This document shows, in pieces, positions 23,291-36,912 of a stretch of 51,183 nt of DNA. Position 1 is the first letter of the stretch, and each line of letters opens with the position of its first letter. This stretch comes from Octopus bimaculoides (lineage: Eukaryota), in NCBI RefSeq assembly GCF_001194135.2, contig NC_068992.1:68408778-68459960 (forward strand), in the 5' to 3' direction. The notes under the pieces are model-generated. The model did no database searches. It had not been told where the DNA came from and worked only from the letters and a program-made list of their open reading frames with translations. The translations under genes were made by a program, and so were the position numbers.

Positions 23291-24016
23291 ACAAGAATTA
23301 CAATCAAGGAATTGTTTTCAAATTGATTTTATATTCTGAAGGTGAACAAATGTCCAGAGGTCAGATTCTTCACGTTTCATAATAAATCCACTCATTGTAA
23401 TTTTTTTATCTACACGTTTTCACCTATACAACGACCATTTGCATTGGACTCGCTATCTTAATTAGCTTTTAGAGGAGTTGTACTGAGTTTCTAATCTTAG
23501 AAGACAGACTTTTCAAGGTATTTTCGTTCCTTTCTCATTATATGATGTAGAAGTTTCAAAATCTAGGTGATCGTTATCGTGACAGTATTATACCTTACAT
23601 CATAAAAAACATAGAAAACAAAATTAGACAATGTAGTCCTTGATAGCTCTTCAAACATGAAATGTCATCACTTCTGCAATGTCTTTCAACATATTTCTGC
23701 CGAATCGTATTTCAGTTAATACTCAACGAATGCATAAAGTTATATATAATACCACAGAAACATAACCAGAAAAAAAACTCTAAGAAAATTGCAAAGGTAC
23801 GTTCTCAAAGAACCTCTATACTCTTCACCTTATTTCTTTGTTACTAGAAAGACTACAGCACTGGGAAACCATTTAACCCGGCCGCGTATTAATATTTACT
23901 GAAATTGTATTCATAATCTAGAATTTGAAATATCAATAACTATATAGTTCTATGTAAATATTATTTATATCATTGAGTGTCAACATAGTTGAAGTCAATA
24001 TCCTTTGCCTTCACAT

Positions 24017-24320
24017 TGGCATTCCGTCGATTACAACGACGAGGGTTCCAGTTGATCCGCTCAGTGGGACAGCCAGCACATGAAATTAACGTACAAATGC
24101 CTGAGCACTTCATAAATACGTAGTTCTTGGGAAGATCCAGCTTGACACAGAATGTGACAAGGCTGACGCTTTGAAATACAGGGCTAATTCATTTTTGCCA
24201 GCTGAATTGACTGGAGTAACATGAAATAGTGTTTTTCTCAAGGGCACAATACCATGCCGGATATCGAAATCTCGACCTTATCCTGAGCCGTATATTCTAA
24301 CCGCTAAGCTGCATGCCTTC
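24017..24320 (-). mobile_element. tRNA-derived SINE (family shared with 29173 and 47283 copies)
   Basis: Shares tt.c.ccagtc.a.tcagctggcaaaaatga core and aggg..agc.ttgtcaca body with 47283-47582. Confidence 0.75.
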
Positions 24321-24439
24321 ACGACCTTCACACACGAACCTCTTAATTGACACCCTATGGACAACGAGATATCTCTCTTCGTTCTCAGATTATTTACTGA
24401 TAGATAAGTGTAAAAAGAAGACGGCTACAACGATCAGAG

Positions 24440-25120
24440 AAAGTAAAGTATGTGTGTGTTAGAAGGAAGCAGTTTCCAAGAAAAGGAAAGCATATAAGCA
24501 TATTATTACATAGGAAGGGGAACTAACAAAAGCACCTGATGCACAAAAGAAAAGTGATTCAGCAATGCAGTCTGTGGAATTGAGCTACGTAACCTGTGGA
24601 ATTATCACTGAGGACGTCACCCACTTAATAAGTAGTTGTCTGAGAATATCCTCGTTGACATAGTTTTCTTCAGTCAGAACATTGTAAAATGCAATGTGTA
24701 CATAAGGTAATCCTGAGGGTGTTAATATAAGAAGCTACTGTGAAATGGAAAGCTTAATCGCACATAGCATGAATGATGAATGAATACTTGTGGAATGTTC
24801 TCGTCAAAACCTCAGTAAAATGCGAACTTATCCGGTTAACAATACTGATTGAGAAAAGAGGAAGAAAATATGGTCAATAAGGAAAATTAGTAGACCAGTA
24901 GATTTTTAAAATGCTAAATATTCATGAAAAAGAAAACATACTATCCCGGTCTAATGTGCAATCGGCAATTGCCAGTTATAATTTTGCAGTACTTGATACG
25001 TAGCTAATGCCTTGACAACAATACTGAGAAACCGTACTTTAAAAACGGGTTGAACACGGCTAATGAGAAAAATTAGAGCTCTCAAGCCACTAATGCCACT
25101 ATGAAAATAGGCAAAAGATA
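24440..25120 (+). mobile_element. Decayed R4/NeSL-type (RLE) non-LTR fragment
   Basis: VTCGIITEDVTHLISSC (CCHC remnant) at about 24590-24640 and YLWNVLVKT (W-N-P-T region) downstream. Confidence 0.5.
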
Positions 25121-26967
25121 AAAAGAAAAAAACTCTTTACAAATCTTCTCCAATCTTTTTCATTTAATATATTCGTTATATGTTGTGTGAAGTGAACTAT
25201 CAACAACGCCCCGGTCACCAAACGACCGCCAACAAACATCACGAATGTTTATTAGTACTACCATTTGTAGAAACCACCAATCACTACTACAATTGCAACA
25301 ACAATAACAACAAAAATACTGTCATTTACAGCGATGATGAGGCAACAAGCACAAAAACTACAGTAAAAACACCAGCAAATTCTACAGATGCAAACTGAGC
25401 AACATCAATATTTATCTCTTTCAAAGGACTTTGGTTGTTTGCGATTTTTTCATCAGGAATCTAAAATAACAAGAAATTACAGAATAAATTTGAATAAATG
25501 AATGCTTTATTGTGATAATTTTCGCTATCAGTATTTCCAAATTTTTAGAATTTATGGAAATCTATAATGCCTGGAGTATTCAGCACAAAGTCTCTTTCTA
25601 AACTTGCTTGTTGCTATATTCATTTGTACTATTCTCAGTTTCAGGAAATATTTCAATTATTTATGCATATGTGACTGTATGTGAGTTTGGCAATCTTAGA
25701 ATGAAACATTGATTTCCCAAATTTGTAACTTCTTATAAACAAGTATTAAAAACCTTCTTCGCTGTTTGGTAATATTGAAGGATTTGAACTCCACACCTCT
25801 CAAATGCACACCGACGCGAGTGGTAACACATTTCCCTCCTCGAATTCTCCCACAGACATTATTCACAAGAAAAATAATTAACGTCAGTTTTGCATAGGTT
25901 CCGTAAACCTATTCTTGAAACACTCAGCAATAAAACTGAAATATCTAAATAACATCATATGTAAAATCTAGCGGCAAATAGAATTATGAGAGAAATGTAT
26001 ATAAAAAATGTAGAGCCCAAATTTGTAGAAAACTATTTCTATCAAAAATGTTTTGGACTTCAACAAGGTTATGTTTTTGTGCAGTATAAAAAATAGAGGT
26101 ATCACTATATTTCTGTTTTGTAAGATTCATCATATTTGACTTGGTTTTTCTTTTTTTCTTTCTTTCTTTTTTTTTTTTTGTCTTTTTAGTCAACCGAGGT
26201 ATTTTCCTGCAGGAATATCGAGTTTACCCAATTTCTTGGTTTTCAGTCCTGATAATGAATCAAATTCAGTACTTTATTGACATAAACTCTTCCTGCGTAC
26301 ATAATTAAATTACTATCTTTGGTATGCTTATGTTTGATGATATTGAGAAGCATGCACATTTTTTTAATATTACATTATTAGTGTGAGGAAGTTGTCGAAA
26401 TTGTTAAATGCCCGACAGTTTTGCGTTATTTGATTATATACTCTAACGTTTTGAGATGAAATCCTGGTCTAGTAAACATTAACTTTCTTTAGACATTGAT
26501 GACATAATCTTATTGATGTCAATTTGATCAACTTAAGTCCCCGCCCTTTTTCTTATCTTATGCTACATTAGAGATAGTTTCTAATGGGGTCTTATACGCT
26601 GTAAATAACAATATCTTGCTCTAATGAACTTTTCGATCCATATTCCGGGAATCAATTATTATTCCAAGTCAGAATGTGTGGACACATGTGCTAATATTAG
26701 ATATCAATATTAACTGTCCCTTAGGATGTTAAAGTGTACAGCGTATATAGAAGCTTCAATGTCCGTTTCTTTCAGTGAAAAGTTGTCATGCTCAAAACGA
26801 AAACATCTCTCTTAGTATACTATTTCACTGTCAACTAGTAAAAGAACAAATATCATACACGAATTTCATTATTAGTGACAGGTATAAAGATAAATGGCAG
26901 TTCTGTTTAAGATATTTGATGCTGCATGTAACAGACCTTCAGCAAATATTCAAAGTGTCACAACATT

Positions 26968-27115
26968 ATATATATATAAAAACAGATGCATATATATATA
27001 TAAACAGAAGCATATATANNNNNNNNNNNNNNNNNNNNNNNNNNNNNNNNNNNNNNNNNNNNNNNNNNNNNNNNNNNNNNNNNNNNNNNNNNNNNNNNNN
27101 NNNNNNNNNNNNNNN

Positions 27116-27147
<32 letters not shown>

Positions 27148-27202
27148 CATATACATATATATATACATATACATATATATATACATATACATATATATAT
27201 AC

Positions 27203-27275
<73 letters not shown>

Positions 27276-27392
27276 CATATAAATATATATACACATATAC
27301 ATATATATACACATGTATATATGTATATATATATATATACATATATAAATATATATACACATATACATATATATACACATGTCTATATACAT

Positions 27393-27423
<31 letters not shown>

Positions 27424-27610
27424 AACAGATGTATATACCTATCTATAAGCAGATATATATATATATACATATATATAAACAGACATATATATACATATAT
27501 ATAAACAGACATATATATACATATATATAAAAAGATATATATACATATATAAACAGATATATATAAATACATATATAAATATATATATATATATATAAAT
27601 ATATATATAT
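26968..27610. repeat. Long (TA)/(TATAC)-rich compound microsatellite with N gap
   Basis: Direct reading; explains the YI-repeat ORFs. Confidence 0.95.
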
Positions 27611-28214
27611 ACAACGCACCCAATAACAACTCACTACTTGAACGGACCATAGACCAAACTCGAATGTAAAAAGGATTTAGATAATCCTATCAGGTGGTGC
27701 TATTAAGTTAGACATGGCCTGGACCAATCTTTGGTTGAAACAAATCTAAGTTTGTATGTATGAGTAAAAGAAGGGTAAAAATACTGCTTACCAAAGGTGT
27801 AAGCCAAAGTTTTAAAGACCACCAATCCTACGATAAATACACACACGAGCAACGCAAGGAACACTTCAAAAGATTGGCCTACCTTCAGGATGGAATTTGA
27901 ATATAGTTTACATACCCCAATGTCAATTGATTTCATAATGTGTATGAGGAAAAGAGCTCTGCAATCTTCAGTTGGAGATAGTAACATCTATTTCTAAAAT
28001 ATTCACCACGTCAATTCGTGTGCGTTTCGAACTTTAAACATCTCGCTCCGTTTAAAGAGAAAACTATCGTAAACAATAAAAAAACAACTATATGAAAGCA
28101 TTATCACTGTTAAAAACAGTAATAATGAGGTGGTTGGCAAGACTGCTACCTTAAAAAGTATAATGTGTATTTATCGTAGAAACTGAAAATAAAATTGAAG
28201 ACTTTATTTATACT

Positions 28215-28270
28215 TAATGGATAACTCCTAATGGATAACTCCTAATGGATAAGCCTTAGTGGATAACAGT
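28215..28270 (+). repeat. 14-bp minisatellite, four copies (TAATGGATAACTCC)
   Basis: Two perfect and two decayed copies. Confidence 0.85.
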
Positions 28271-29172
28271 CATCATTAAATACTCTTAGTTCCGCAAATC
28301 GTTTCCTTATCATCCTCTCTTTTAGGCTACTGGTTAACATTGAATATTGCATATTTGGAGAGCAAGTCTTATGAAATGGCTCAAACAGATTATAAGAACA
28401 TGCGTTGCGTCAGTCAAGAAAATAATAAAATTGCTTAATGTTTTTAATATAGGACACTAAACATTACAATACTGTTCTAAACTACTCTTTTAAATAACTA
28501 TACTGTGTTAGATACATTTTTAAGTAGTGTGCAGAAAGACACAAATCTAGTATTAGAATCTATGCCGATTAAAAGATAATTACTTGTCCCCAAATAGATG
28601 AAGTTCACTTATTATTTTCTGAGAATAATACACTTGGCTAACACTCATTATCTTCTCTAAGTCCATAGTAGCTATCATTTTAATCCTTACATTATAATTT
28701 CGATTATATTTTGATATAGTAATTTGCGTATATATACTTATTCTAATTGCTTAATACATTTATCGCCATCTTAGTCAAATTAATATCAGACTAACTCCAT
28801 TTCACTTCCATATGGAGTTTATGCGTATTTGATAAAAAACCTAATTTCGATTCTGAAGATTTTGAGACCTTGCAATTTCAGAAATATGAGATAGTTATAT
28901 ATAAAAATGAGGACGGTATTATTGGTTAAGATCCGTCGTTTGTTTTGCTTATTCCAGTAGATAAATATATGTACTGAATGTTTATTTTTTTCTTCGAGTG
29001 TAAAGTTTGCTGAAAGAATACGAGCAAGTTAATGTCCGCCCAAGCTTTAGAAATCCATCGTTACTGTGAATGTGATATCTTTATGTTAAACTAAAACACA
29101 CTATTTGTCCTGTTAAGTGCACAACTACTCACCATTGAGTCTGAAATTGAATATTGCTATAATTATTTAAAT

Positions 29173-29375
29173 AGCTTTGTAGTTAAGGTGTTGGACTCAT
29201 GATCGCAAGATTGTAGTTTCGGTTTCTGGACTGGGCGATGCGCTATGTCCTTGAGCTAAACACTTCATTTCGCGTTGCTCCAGTCCAGTCCACTAATCCT
29301 GCGATGGACTGGCGTCCGTCCAATGAAGAATATATATGCCAAAGAAATCAGGAAAACCAGCCCTACGCTCCTAAT
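29173..29375 (+). mobile_element. tRNA-derived SINE with Meta-domain-like 3' part
   Basis: tRNA-like head (agttaaggtgttggactcatgatcgc), tccttgagc..acacttcatttc.cgttgctccagtcca core, then cctgcgatggactggcgtcc. Confidence 0.7.
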
Positions 29376-30829
29376 GGTGTAATGTGGAAAAACGATAGTT
29401 ATTTAACTGTTCTATAGATAGTGCTGATAACTTTTCTCACAGTACTTTATCTTGTTGATAGCCGGTTATAATCCAGCTTCACAATGTCTGGTTAGCAATG
29501 AAAAGTGCACCCAGATGGTAGAGAAATTATTCTGACAATGTGTATTTATTCAGCACTTTGAACCCATTCAAGAAGTTAAAACTTAATATAAAACACCAGA
29601 TATTTGAAATTGGCTTAGATTTAAGAAGTTGTACAAGGGTTTCCAGTGGTTACCCAGCTTTTAATGTAATACTATATTCAGATGAGTATACTTTTCAATA
29701 ACGATATAAAAATGCGACTTAAAGTTTAATAATGATTTACTGTTGTCTCGATATTTTTCCTAAGGAAATTGTTTGATGTTATTTTCTTAGAAGTTTTAGC
29801 CATTAGAAGAGAAAAACCATTGAAATATGTCTCTATAGCAACAAAGTGTTTTACTTTGCTTCGCGAGTTTTCCTTCCGCGATCCATACTAATTTCAACCA
29901 ATTCAAGATATTTTGATGCTTACACATAAAAAGAAACTCTGATCTTGAAGACATCTTTAAATGCATATGATTTCTCCATCTTCTTTTGTTCTCATATCGA
30001 TTCCAACTCGAAATAGCAACTTGAAGATTACTTGGAAATAGTTCGATTCGGCAAACCATTATATTCAATATTTAGCAAAAGAAAAATTCGATAAAATCTA
30101 TTCTTGATTTCTCCAGCATTCATTTCTTTCCAATTGATATATTTTCTGGCTTATCATAAAACAGTATTGATTTCTGCCGACTGTTTCTATCATATGAACT
30201 CTATAGTTTTCTTTATTTTATTAAAGGCAGTATTTTTGTATTTCAGATGACAACTAAAGAAGATTTTTAAATATTTTCCATTCAGAAATACTTTTCCTTT
30301 TAATCTAATAAAGAAACAACATTTTGGATATCGAGAATATTACGTAAATTGAAGACTAATAGAAAAATAAGAATATTGAAAATCCAATCCGAAATATTTA
30401 TTATTATCCGGTTCTTTGTTCTGCATAGTAACGAAACAAGTAATTATTTGGGTTAAGTCACATTTTCAACTTACATGTTACTCTATAAATCTACTTTTTG
30501 TGAGCAAATATAATCCAGTATATTTGTTCATATTTTACTTTATAATCAAGTATGCAAATTCGTCACTCAGTTTTAATTAAATCTTTAGCTCAAAGAGTAT
30601 ACTTGAAATACGGGACATCTTCGGTTGAATAATACAATATATATCCAGCATTCAGTATCGAATCTGGGTAAAATCGATACTAGTATGATATCTATATGCT
30701 TAATACGGTGTCAGTTATTTATTAGTCTCTCCCATGAAAAGAAAAGGGTAGAAGGAGAAACAAAGGCGGTGGAAAATATAAAAATATATCGTAAAGCCTT
30801 CTACTAGTTCCCGTAAGAGTCTGCCTCAG

Positions 30830-31375
30830 TGCACTACAAGACAGGGCCACTGTTTGAAAAGAAAAACGGCTAGCTAATTGCAGAACCCAAGAGGATAGGT
30901 GAAGTGCTAAATAAGCAATTCCAAAGTGTCTTCATATTTTCACTGGGAAACTGGCAAGTGGGCAAGCCTAACGAGTTCTCCAACATTGCAGGCCTAAATG
31001 GGAAAAAGGCAGCCATCGATTACATCGATATAAAAGAGGAAGATGTAATATCTGCCATTGATAAGATGAGCTCAAACTCAGCAACGGACCCGGATGTATT
31101 TCCGTCTGCTCTCCTAAAAACATGCAAGAAAGTTCTCGCAAAATCACGGTAGATACGTTTTCCCCAACTGTTAAATGAGGGTATCATATGCCTTGTCCAT
31201 TCAGGAGGAAACATAGCAGATGCTAAAACTACAGGCCTCTCTGACTTCTCATGTTAGCAAGGTCATGGAACGCATCGTCAGAAGGAGACTTATCACGTTC
31301 CTGGAAGAGAATAACTTGCTCACAAACATACAACAAGGTTTGCGCCTAGGAAGGAGCTGTCTCACACAGCCACTA
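30830..31375 (+). mobile_element. CR1-clade LINE RT fragment
   Basis: EVLNKQFQSVF...DKMSSNSATDPDVFPSALLKTC, then NYRP-like SHVSKVMERIVR...QQGLR.GRSCLTQ; stops and deletions. Confidence 0.85.
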
Positions 31376-31600
31376 CATACTAAATACCCGCCAGCATAGT
31401 TAATGAATTTTTAGACTTCTTCATCATTTACGTTCATGTATGTATTGCCGTCATTTAAGCAAATGCACACACGCACTACGCAAGCGCACACGCATGCACA
31501 AACTCACACACACACACACACATACACACACATACACACACAAAACAAACACACACTGACACACTAATACACAAACACACAGACACACACATATACATAC

Positions 31601-31672
<72 letters not shown>

Positions 31673-31931
31673 TTGTATCTATCTCTCACACCACATATAT
31701 ATATACAGTGTGGAGAAATAAGTATTTGTATATGTCAAAATTATTTATTTATTTAATTTCTAATGAACATAAATGGGATATACCAATACTATATTTGCAT
31801 ACACATACATAAACTAAGAATATGCAAAAGAAACTAATAAATTATAGTAACTAATGAATTTATATACAAATATAAATATTTAGGGGTGAAAAAAGTATTC
31901 ATACAGAACGTAAATAACTGATAATTCTGAT

Positions 31932-32960
31932 TTAATACTTCATAGCATAACCATTATTCAGTTTCACTTCAACCAATCTCTTCTTGTAGTTCTTAATCAA
32001 TGACTTGCATGTTTCTTTAGGAATTTTTTCCCATTCTTCTTGACAAATTTTCTTCAAATCTGGAATGCACATTGGGGCTCTTGAATGAGTATTAATTTTC
32101 AAATAACACCACAAATTTCCAATGGGGTTCAAGTCAGGTGACTGGCTTGGCCATTCTAATAATTTTATATTGTGATTGACAATTCATTTTTGGTAGACTT
32201 CGCCGTGTGCTTAGGGTCGTTATCCTGTTGTAAAACCCACCCTTCACAAAGCTGGAGCTTTTCTACAGAGTCCCATAAATTATTGTTCAAAATATTTTGG
32301 TACATCTCTGCATTCATTCTACCATCTATCACATGTAAATTGCCAGTGCTATTTGCAGAGAAACACTTCTACACAATGATGTTGCCACCTCCAAACTTTA
32401 CAGTAGGGATTGTGTTTTTCGGCGAATAGGCGGTACCATCTTTCCTCCAAAAATGACTACGTGAATTTCATCCAAACAATTCAATTTTCGACTCGTCTGT
32501 CCGAAGAACATTTTCCCAGAATGTATCATATTTATCTTTATGCTCATAAACAAACTTTAAACGGTCATCTCTATGCCTTTTAGTCAACAGTGGAGTTTTT
32601 CTAGGAGAGCATGACTTCAGTTCATTCCTATGAAGTTCATTGCTGATTGTTCATAGTGTAACACTAGTCCTTGAAGCTAACAAATCTTCTTGCAACTCCT
32701 TTCTGGTGATCATTGCGGTTTTTTTTTTCGATACTTCACTTCATTTTTCTTAAAGATCTAGGGGAAATCTTGCGTGGTGCACTGGATCTTATTCTGTTTT
32801 CAACTGTTCCCGATTTTTTATATCTTTGAATAAATGAAGATATGGTAGAAAATCGAATACAAAGGGTCTCTGATATTTTCCTGTAACTTTTACTTGCTTT
32901 CCACTGTTCAATAATTAAGTTTTTCACTCAATTTGTGAGTTCTTTACTTGTCGCTATTAT
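31932..32960 (-). pseudogene. Tc1 transposase, DD34E-type, inactivated
   Basis: HTH KSYRKISETL; TDESKIELFG; QQDNDPKH; SPDLNPIGNLW (catalytic E appears as G); several stops and frameshifts. Confidence 0.9.
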
Positions 32961-33215
32961 TATGACACTACTTTATGTTGTCTCAGTGCTGAATGAAGAA
33001 GCTAGCGTTTAGACACTTAAAAATGACCACTGATAAGATTATTGGAACAAACGAGAAAGTTCTAGTAAAAAAGAATTATTTCAACAGTATTTTGTGGCAT
33101 AGAAACTCANNNNNNNNNNAGATTATTGGAACAAACGAGAAAGTTCTAGTAAAAAAGAATTATTTCAACAGTATTTTGTGGCATAGAAACTCATAAATTT
33201 ATTCTGTACGAATAC

Positions 33216-33973
33216 TGGATCTTTTTTGGTTTGACGGGCAACACTTGTTTTCTTAACGAAACACTTTCAAACTTCGGATCCTGGTAGAATGGGTCATATA
33301 AAACATCTTTTTCTCTTAGCCTTCTTAACAAAAATTACTTCTTAATAAGTTATTTCATGTTAAAGCTGTCGTATTTCTGTAATTTCAACCAATCACTGAC
33401 GTCTATTCAGCTGAATACAGTCACTGCTNNNNNNNNNNNNNNNNNNNNNNNNNNNNNNNNNNNNNNNNNNNNNNNNNNNNNNNNNNNNNNNNNNNNNNNN
33501 NNNNNNNNNNNNNNNNNNNNNNNNNNNNNNNNNNNNNNNNNNNNNNNNNNNNNNNNNNNNNNNNNNNNNNNNNNNNNNNNNNNNNNNNNNNNNNNNNNAC
33601 CCTAAAGCTAAAACCAGTACAAACGCACGAACGATGTCATAAATAACAGTGACAAACGAAATATATACCGATGATAGTTGTTGCTGACAACGGATAGTTT
33701 TTGTTGACAAACAACGGCACTAATTTTATTCAAGGGAAAAGATCCCCTGACACCATTGTTTACATTCCATGGCGTAATTGTTTTCACCTCAATAGACGTC
33801 AGTGATTGGTTGAAACTACCGAAATACGACAATTTTTTACATGAAATAACTTCGAATACAAAATTATTTATCTGTTCTATAACACAAAATATACAAGTAT
33901 TCGAAGTTTGAAAGTGTTTCGGTACCAAAAACACTACATAAAAAAATGTTGCCCGTCAAACCAAAAAGATCCC
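33216..33973. mobile_element. MITE nested in the Tc1 right inner DR, 6-bp TSD
   Basis: TIR (T/G)GGATCTTTTT(T)GGTTTGACGGGCAACA at both ends, inverted similarity extending over 200 bp inward; GAATAC at 33210-33215 and 33974-33979. Confidence 0.85.
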
Positions 33974-36309
33974 GAATACTTCTTTCACCCCTAAATATTT
34001 ATAATTGAATATAAATTCATTAGTTACTCTAATTTATTAGTTTCTTTTGTATATTCTTAGTTTATGCATGAGTATGCAAATATAGTATTGGTATATTCCA
34101 TTTACGTTCATTAGGAATTATATAAATAAAGAATTTTGACATGTACGAATATTNNNNNNNNNNNNNNNNNNNNNNNNNNNNNNNNNNNNNNNNNNNNNNN
34201 NNNNNNNNNNNNNNNNNNNNNNNNNNNNNNNNNNNNNNNNNNNNNNNNNNNNNNNNNNNNNNNNNNNNNNNNNNNNNNNNNNNNNNNNNNNNNNNNNNNN
34301 NNNNNNNNNNNNNNNNNNNNNNNNNNNNNNNNNNNNNNNNNNNNNNNNNNNNNNNNNNNNNNNNNNNNNNNNNNNNNNNNNNNNNNNNNNNNNNNNNNNN
34401 NNNNNNNNNNNNNNNNNNNNNNNNNNNNNNNNNNNNNNNNNNNNNNNNNNNNNNNNNNNNNNNNNNNNNNNNNNNNNNNNNNNNNNNNNNNNNNNNNNNN
34501 NNNNNNNNNNNNNNNNNNNNNNNNNNNNNNNNNNNNNNNNNNNNNNNNNNNNNNNNNNNNNNNNNNNNNNNNNNNNNNNNNNNNNNNNNNNNNNNNNNNN
34601 NNNNNNNNNNNNNNNNNNNNNNNNNNNNNNNNNNNNNNNNNNNNNNNNNNNNNNNNNNNNNNNNNNNNNNNNNNNNNNNNNNNNNNNNNNNNNNNNNNNN
34701 NNTATATATATATATATTGATACGTACAGTCATGATGTCTGCATTTTGATACGTACACTAGCCTTGCACAATATTTATCAGAGCCACTGAATAATCAGAA
34801 ATTTTAGAATTTTTTTTTTTTTAAATTGAATAAAATTTCTTTATACTTTATTCTGAATTGAAATTTCGTCTTGTTTCAGACATAAATGTGAACAGAGATG
34901 TAAGTCAGAGGGTAATGCTAAAAGCTTTTAAAAATCAATACGCTGATTTCAACCGAAATTATTTCCTTTCGTACATTTACTATTTCTATTAGAAAAATCA
35001 TAAAAATCAAATATGCTGGCATTCGTTTTAAATCTTTGAAATGCTTGCTTACTAAAACCTATGAAACATTTCCTTAAAAATCTGCACGTTTAAAATTTGT
35101 TTCAAATAAAAGATTATTAATTGACGTAGTTTGCTTTTGGCGATGATTTACAATTGAAAGGAAGAGGATATCTTCCAGGTTTAATTAAGTTGAGGAATAT
35201 GTATATTTAATTTTTGATTTCAGATTATTTTTTCTCCTTACATAAAATGAAATAAAGTTCTGAAAGTTTATAGTCATTGGTAGCCGTGTATGCTAATATT
35301 TCATCATCCTTTGGAATCGTTGGCTCAGCATAACTCTAGACACAAATTAACTAAACTAAATTCAACATTCTACGGCGTTTCTTACAAAGAAAGAAGACAG
35401 AATATATTTCATGGTTTAAAAAGATTCATTTATTTATTTTTATCATAATGTAAAGGGATCAGAAACCATGTAAAGTAAAACTTGCTTTTTACGTTCAAAT
35501 TTTAGTAAGTTTTAAAACGTCAAACTAGTTTATTATTAACTTGATTAATTATATATACAAAATTATTTAGTTGTACTGAAAAATAATCAATATGTTAACT
35601 CCAAAGAGGCAGTTTACTTGCTTGATAACGAATGTGATGAGATTCATACTTAACCTTCACATCCTTTCAGATTGAATATAGTTTAGAAATATGCAATGTT
35701 TATTCAAAACAAGAAAATAAGTATATTTTTATGGTATACTACAGGATAGTTTGCTTATTAAGTGTAAAAGTAGCACAATATTAATTACTTCTACATAATT
35801 TATTAACTTCATAAACTCAGGAACTTTGCAAAAGTTATATATATTACAACTCAAAGAATTTAAGAAGTTTCAGAAACATCCTATACATAACAAGATTTGA
35901 CACTTTCTTTTATGTGAGGAAAATCTATCAGTATTGATTTCCAGATAGTTTCTCTCCCAAGAGTTTTCACAAGTAATAATCATTATTCACTTATGTTAGA
36001 GATACAACTACCGATTTTTTTTCTCCTATAACAATCGAACAAATCAATGAATAATCGATCTCTATTTGACAATATTACTTTAAAAATAAACGCATATCTT
36101 GAAAACTATCTCAAGCTCTCTATCTTTCAAAAGGGAGTTGAACAAGTCTATGATATATTGGTTATTACTGTTAACTTATCGTAGTTAGTTCCTTGATGTT
36201 TTTATTTTCTTTTCTTGATATAGAGTTATAGAATTATCATATTCATTGTTACTGGTGCTGAAAGTTATATTCACTACATAATAACCAATGTATATTATAA
36301 TTTTGGTTT

Positions 36310-36740
36310 GGCTCAGGTTTGGCCTTTTTTCCTGGTAGGATTTATGTGGATAGCAGGTTGCTACCTGTAATCTTGGGTATCCACAAGTTTTCTATCAAGT
36401 GCTTACATTTCTCCGACTCCAGTACTCTTTCGACTCGATGATTGTACCATGTGTTTCCAGTTTCAAATCCCTATTTCTGGCACAGCTTGCAGTGTATAAC
36501 TTTTACAACCTGGTCGTGCCTCCATTTCTTATATTCTTCATGTGCCAACGTAGGTCATTCTGCCATCCAAATTCTACATTTTTCGGACACATCGTCTCCA
36601 TATATATTTATTCTCAAGTTGTTTGTTTTTATCGCTTGATCTTCGGCTGCTACAACTAGTCTCGCTGTTTCTTTTTTTAATTGCTCCTTTTTTTAAACAA
36701 GCCCAGGATTTTGTTCCATATACTTCTTCAGTGGCTCGTT
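36310..36740 (-). mobile_element. R4/Dong-type fragment (post-RT, RHD region)
   Basis: Minus: SWACLKKGAIKKETARLVVAAEDQAIKTNN...KKWRHDQVVKVIH. Confidence 0.8.
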
Positions 36741-36741
36741 A

Positions 36742-36744
<3 letters not shown>

Positions 36745-36797
<53 letters not shown>

Positions 36798-36912
36798 GAC
36801 GTCGCACAGTATCCAATATCGTGAGGTTGTTGATTGAAGATATTGTGTCTACAAGGGGTTCGTATTGTTTGTCAAGTCACAACAAGGACCTCAGACAGAC
36901 AGTACTGACATT
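36745..36912 (-). mobile_element. Short 3' UTR plus (TAA)n tail of a second R4-like subfamily
   Basis: Minus gaggtccttgttgtgacttg resembles gaggtctctgggtgagacttg in the 3' UTR at ~220-245; (TTA)n at 36745-36797. Confidence 0.5.

Larger units (their letters stand above)
31706..34153 (-). mobile_element. Tc1-family DNA transposon with long IR/DR-type TIRs; right end runs into an N gap
   Basis: TA|CAGTG start at 31706; 31706-31905 is the inverted copy of ~33974-34153; outer and inner DRs (gaaataagtatt / gaaaaaagtatt). Confidence 0.9.

Noticed and set aside
26775-27650. Longest listed ORFs (up to 251 aa)
   Set aside because: They translate (TA)n/(TATAC)n microsatellite and N gaps; the same applies to ORFs at 5136-6330, 13908-14290, 20905-21376, 34062-34758, 44909-45380 and 46821-47371.
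33034-33193. Perfect ~73-bp direct repeat flanking a 10-N gap
   Set aside because: An identical sequence on both sides of a placeholder gap is a typical contig-overlap assembly artefact.
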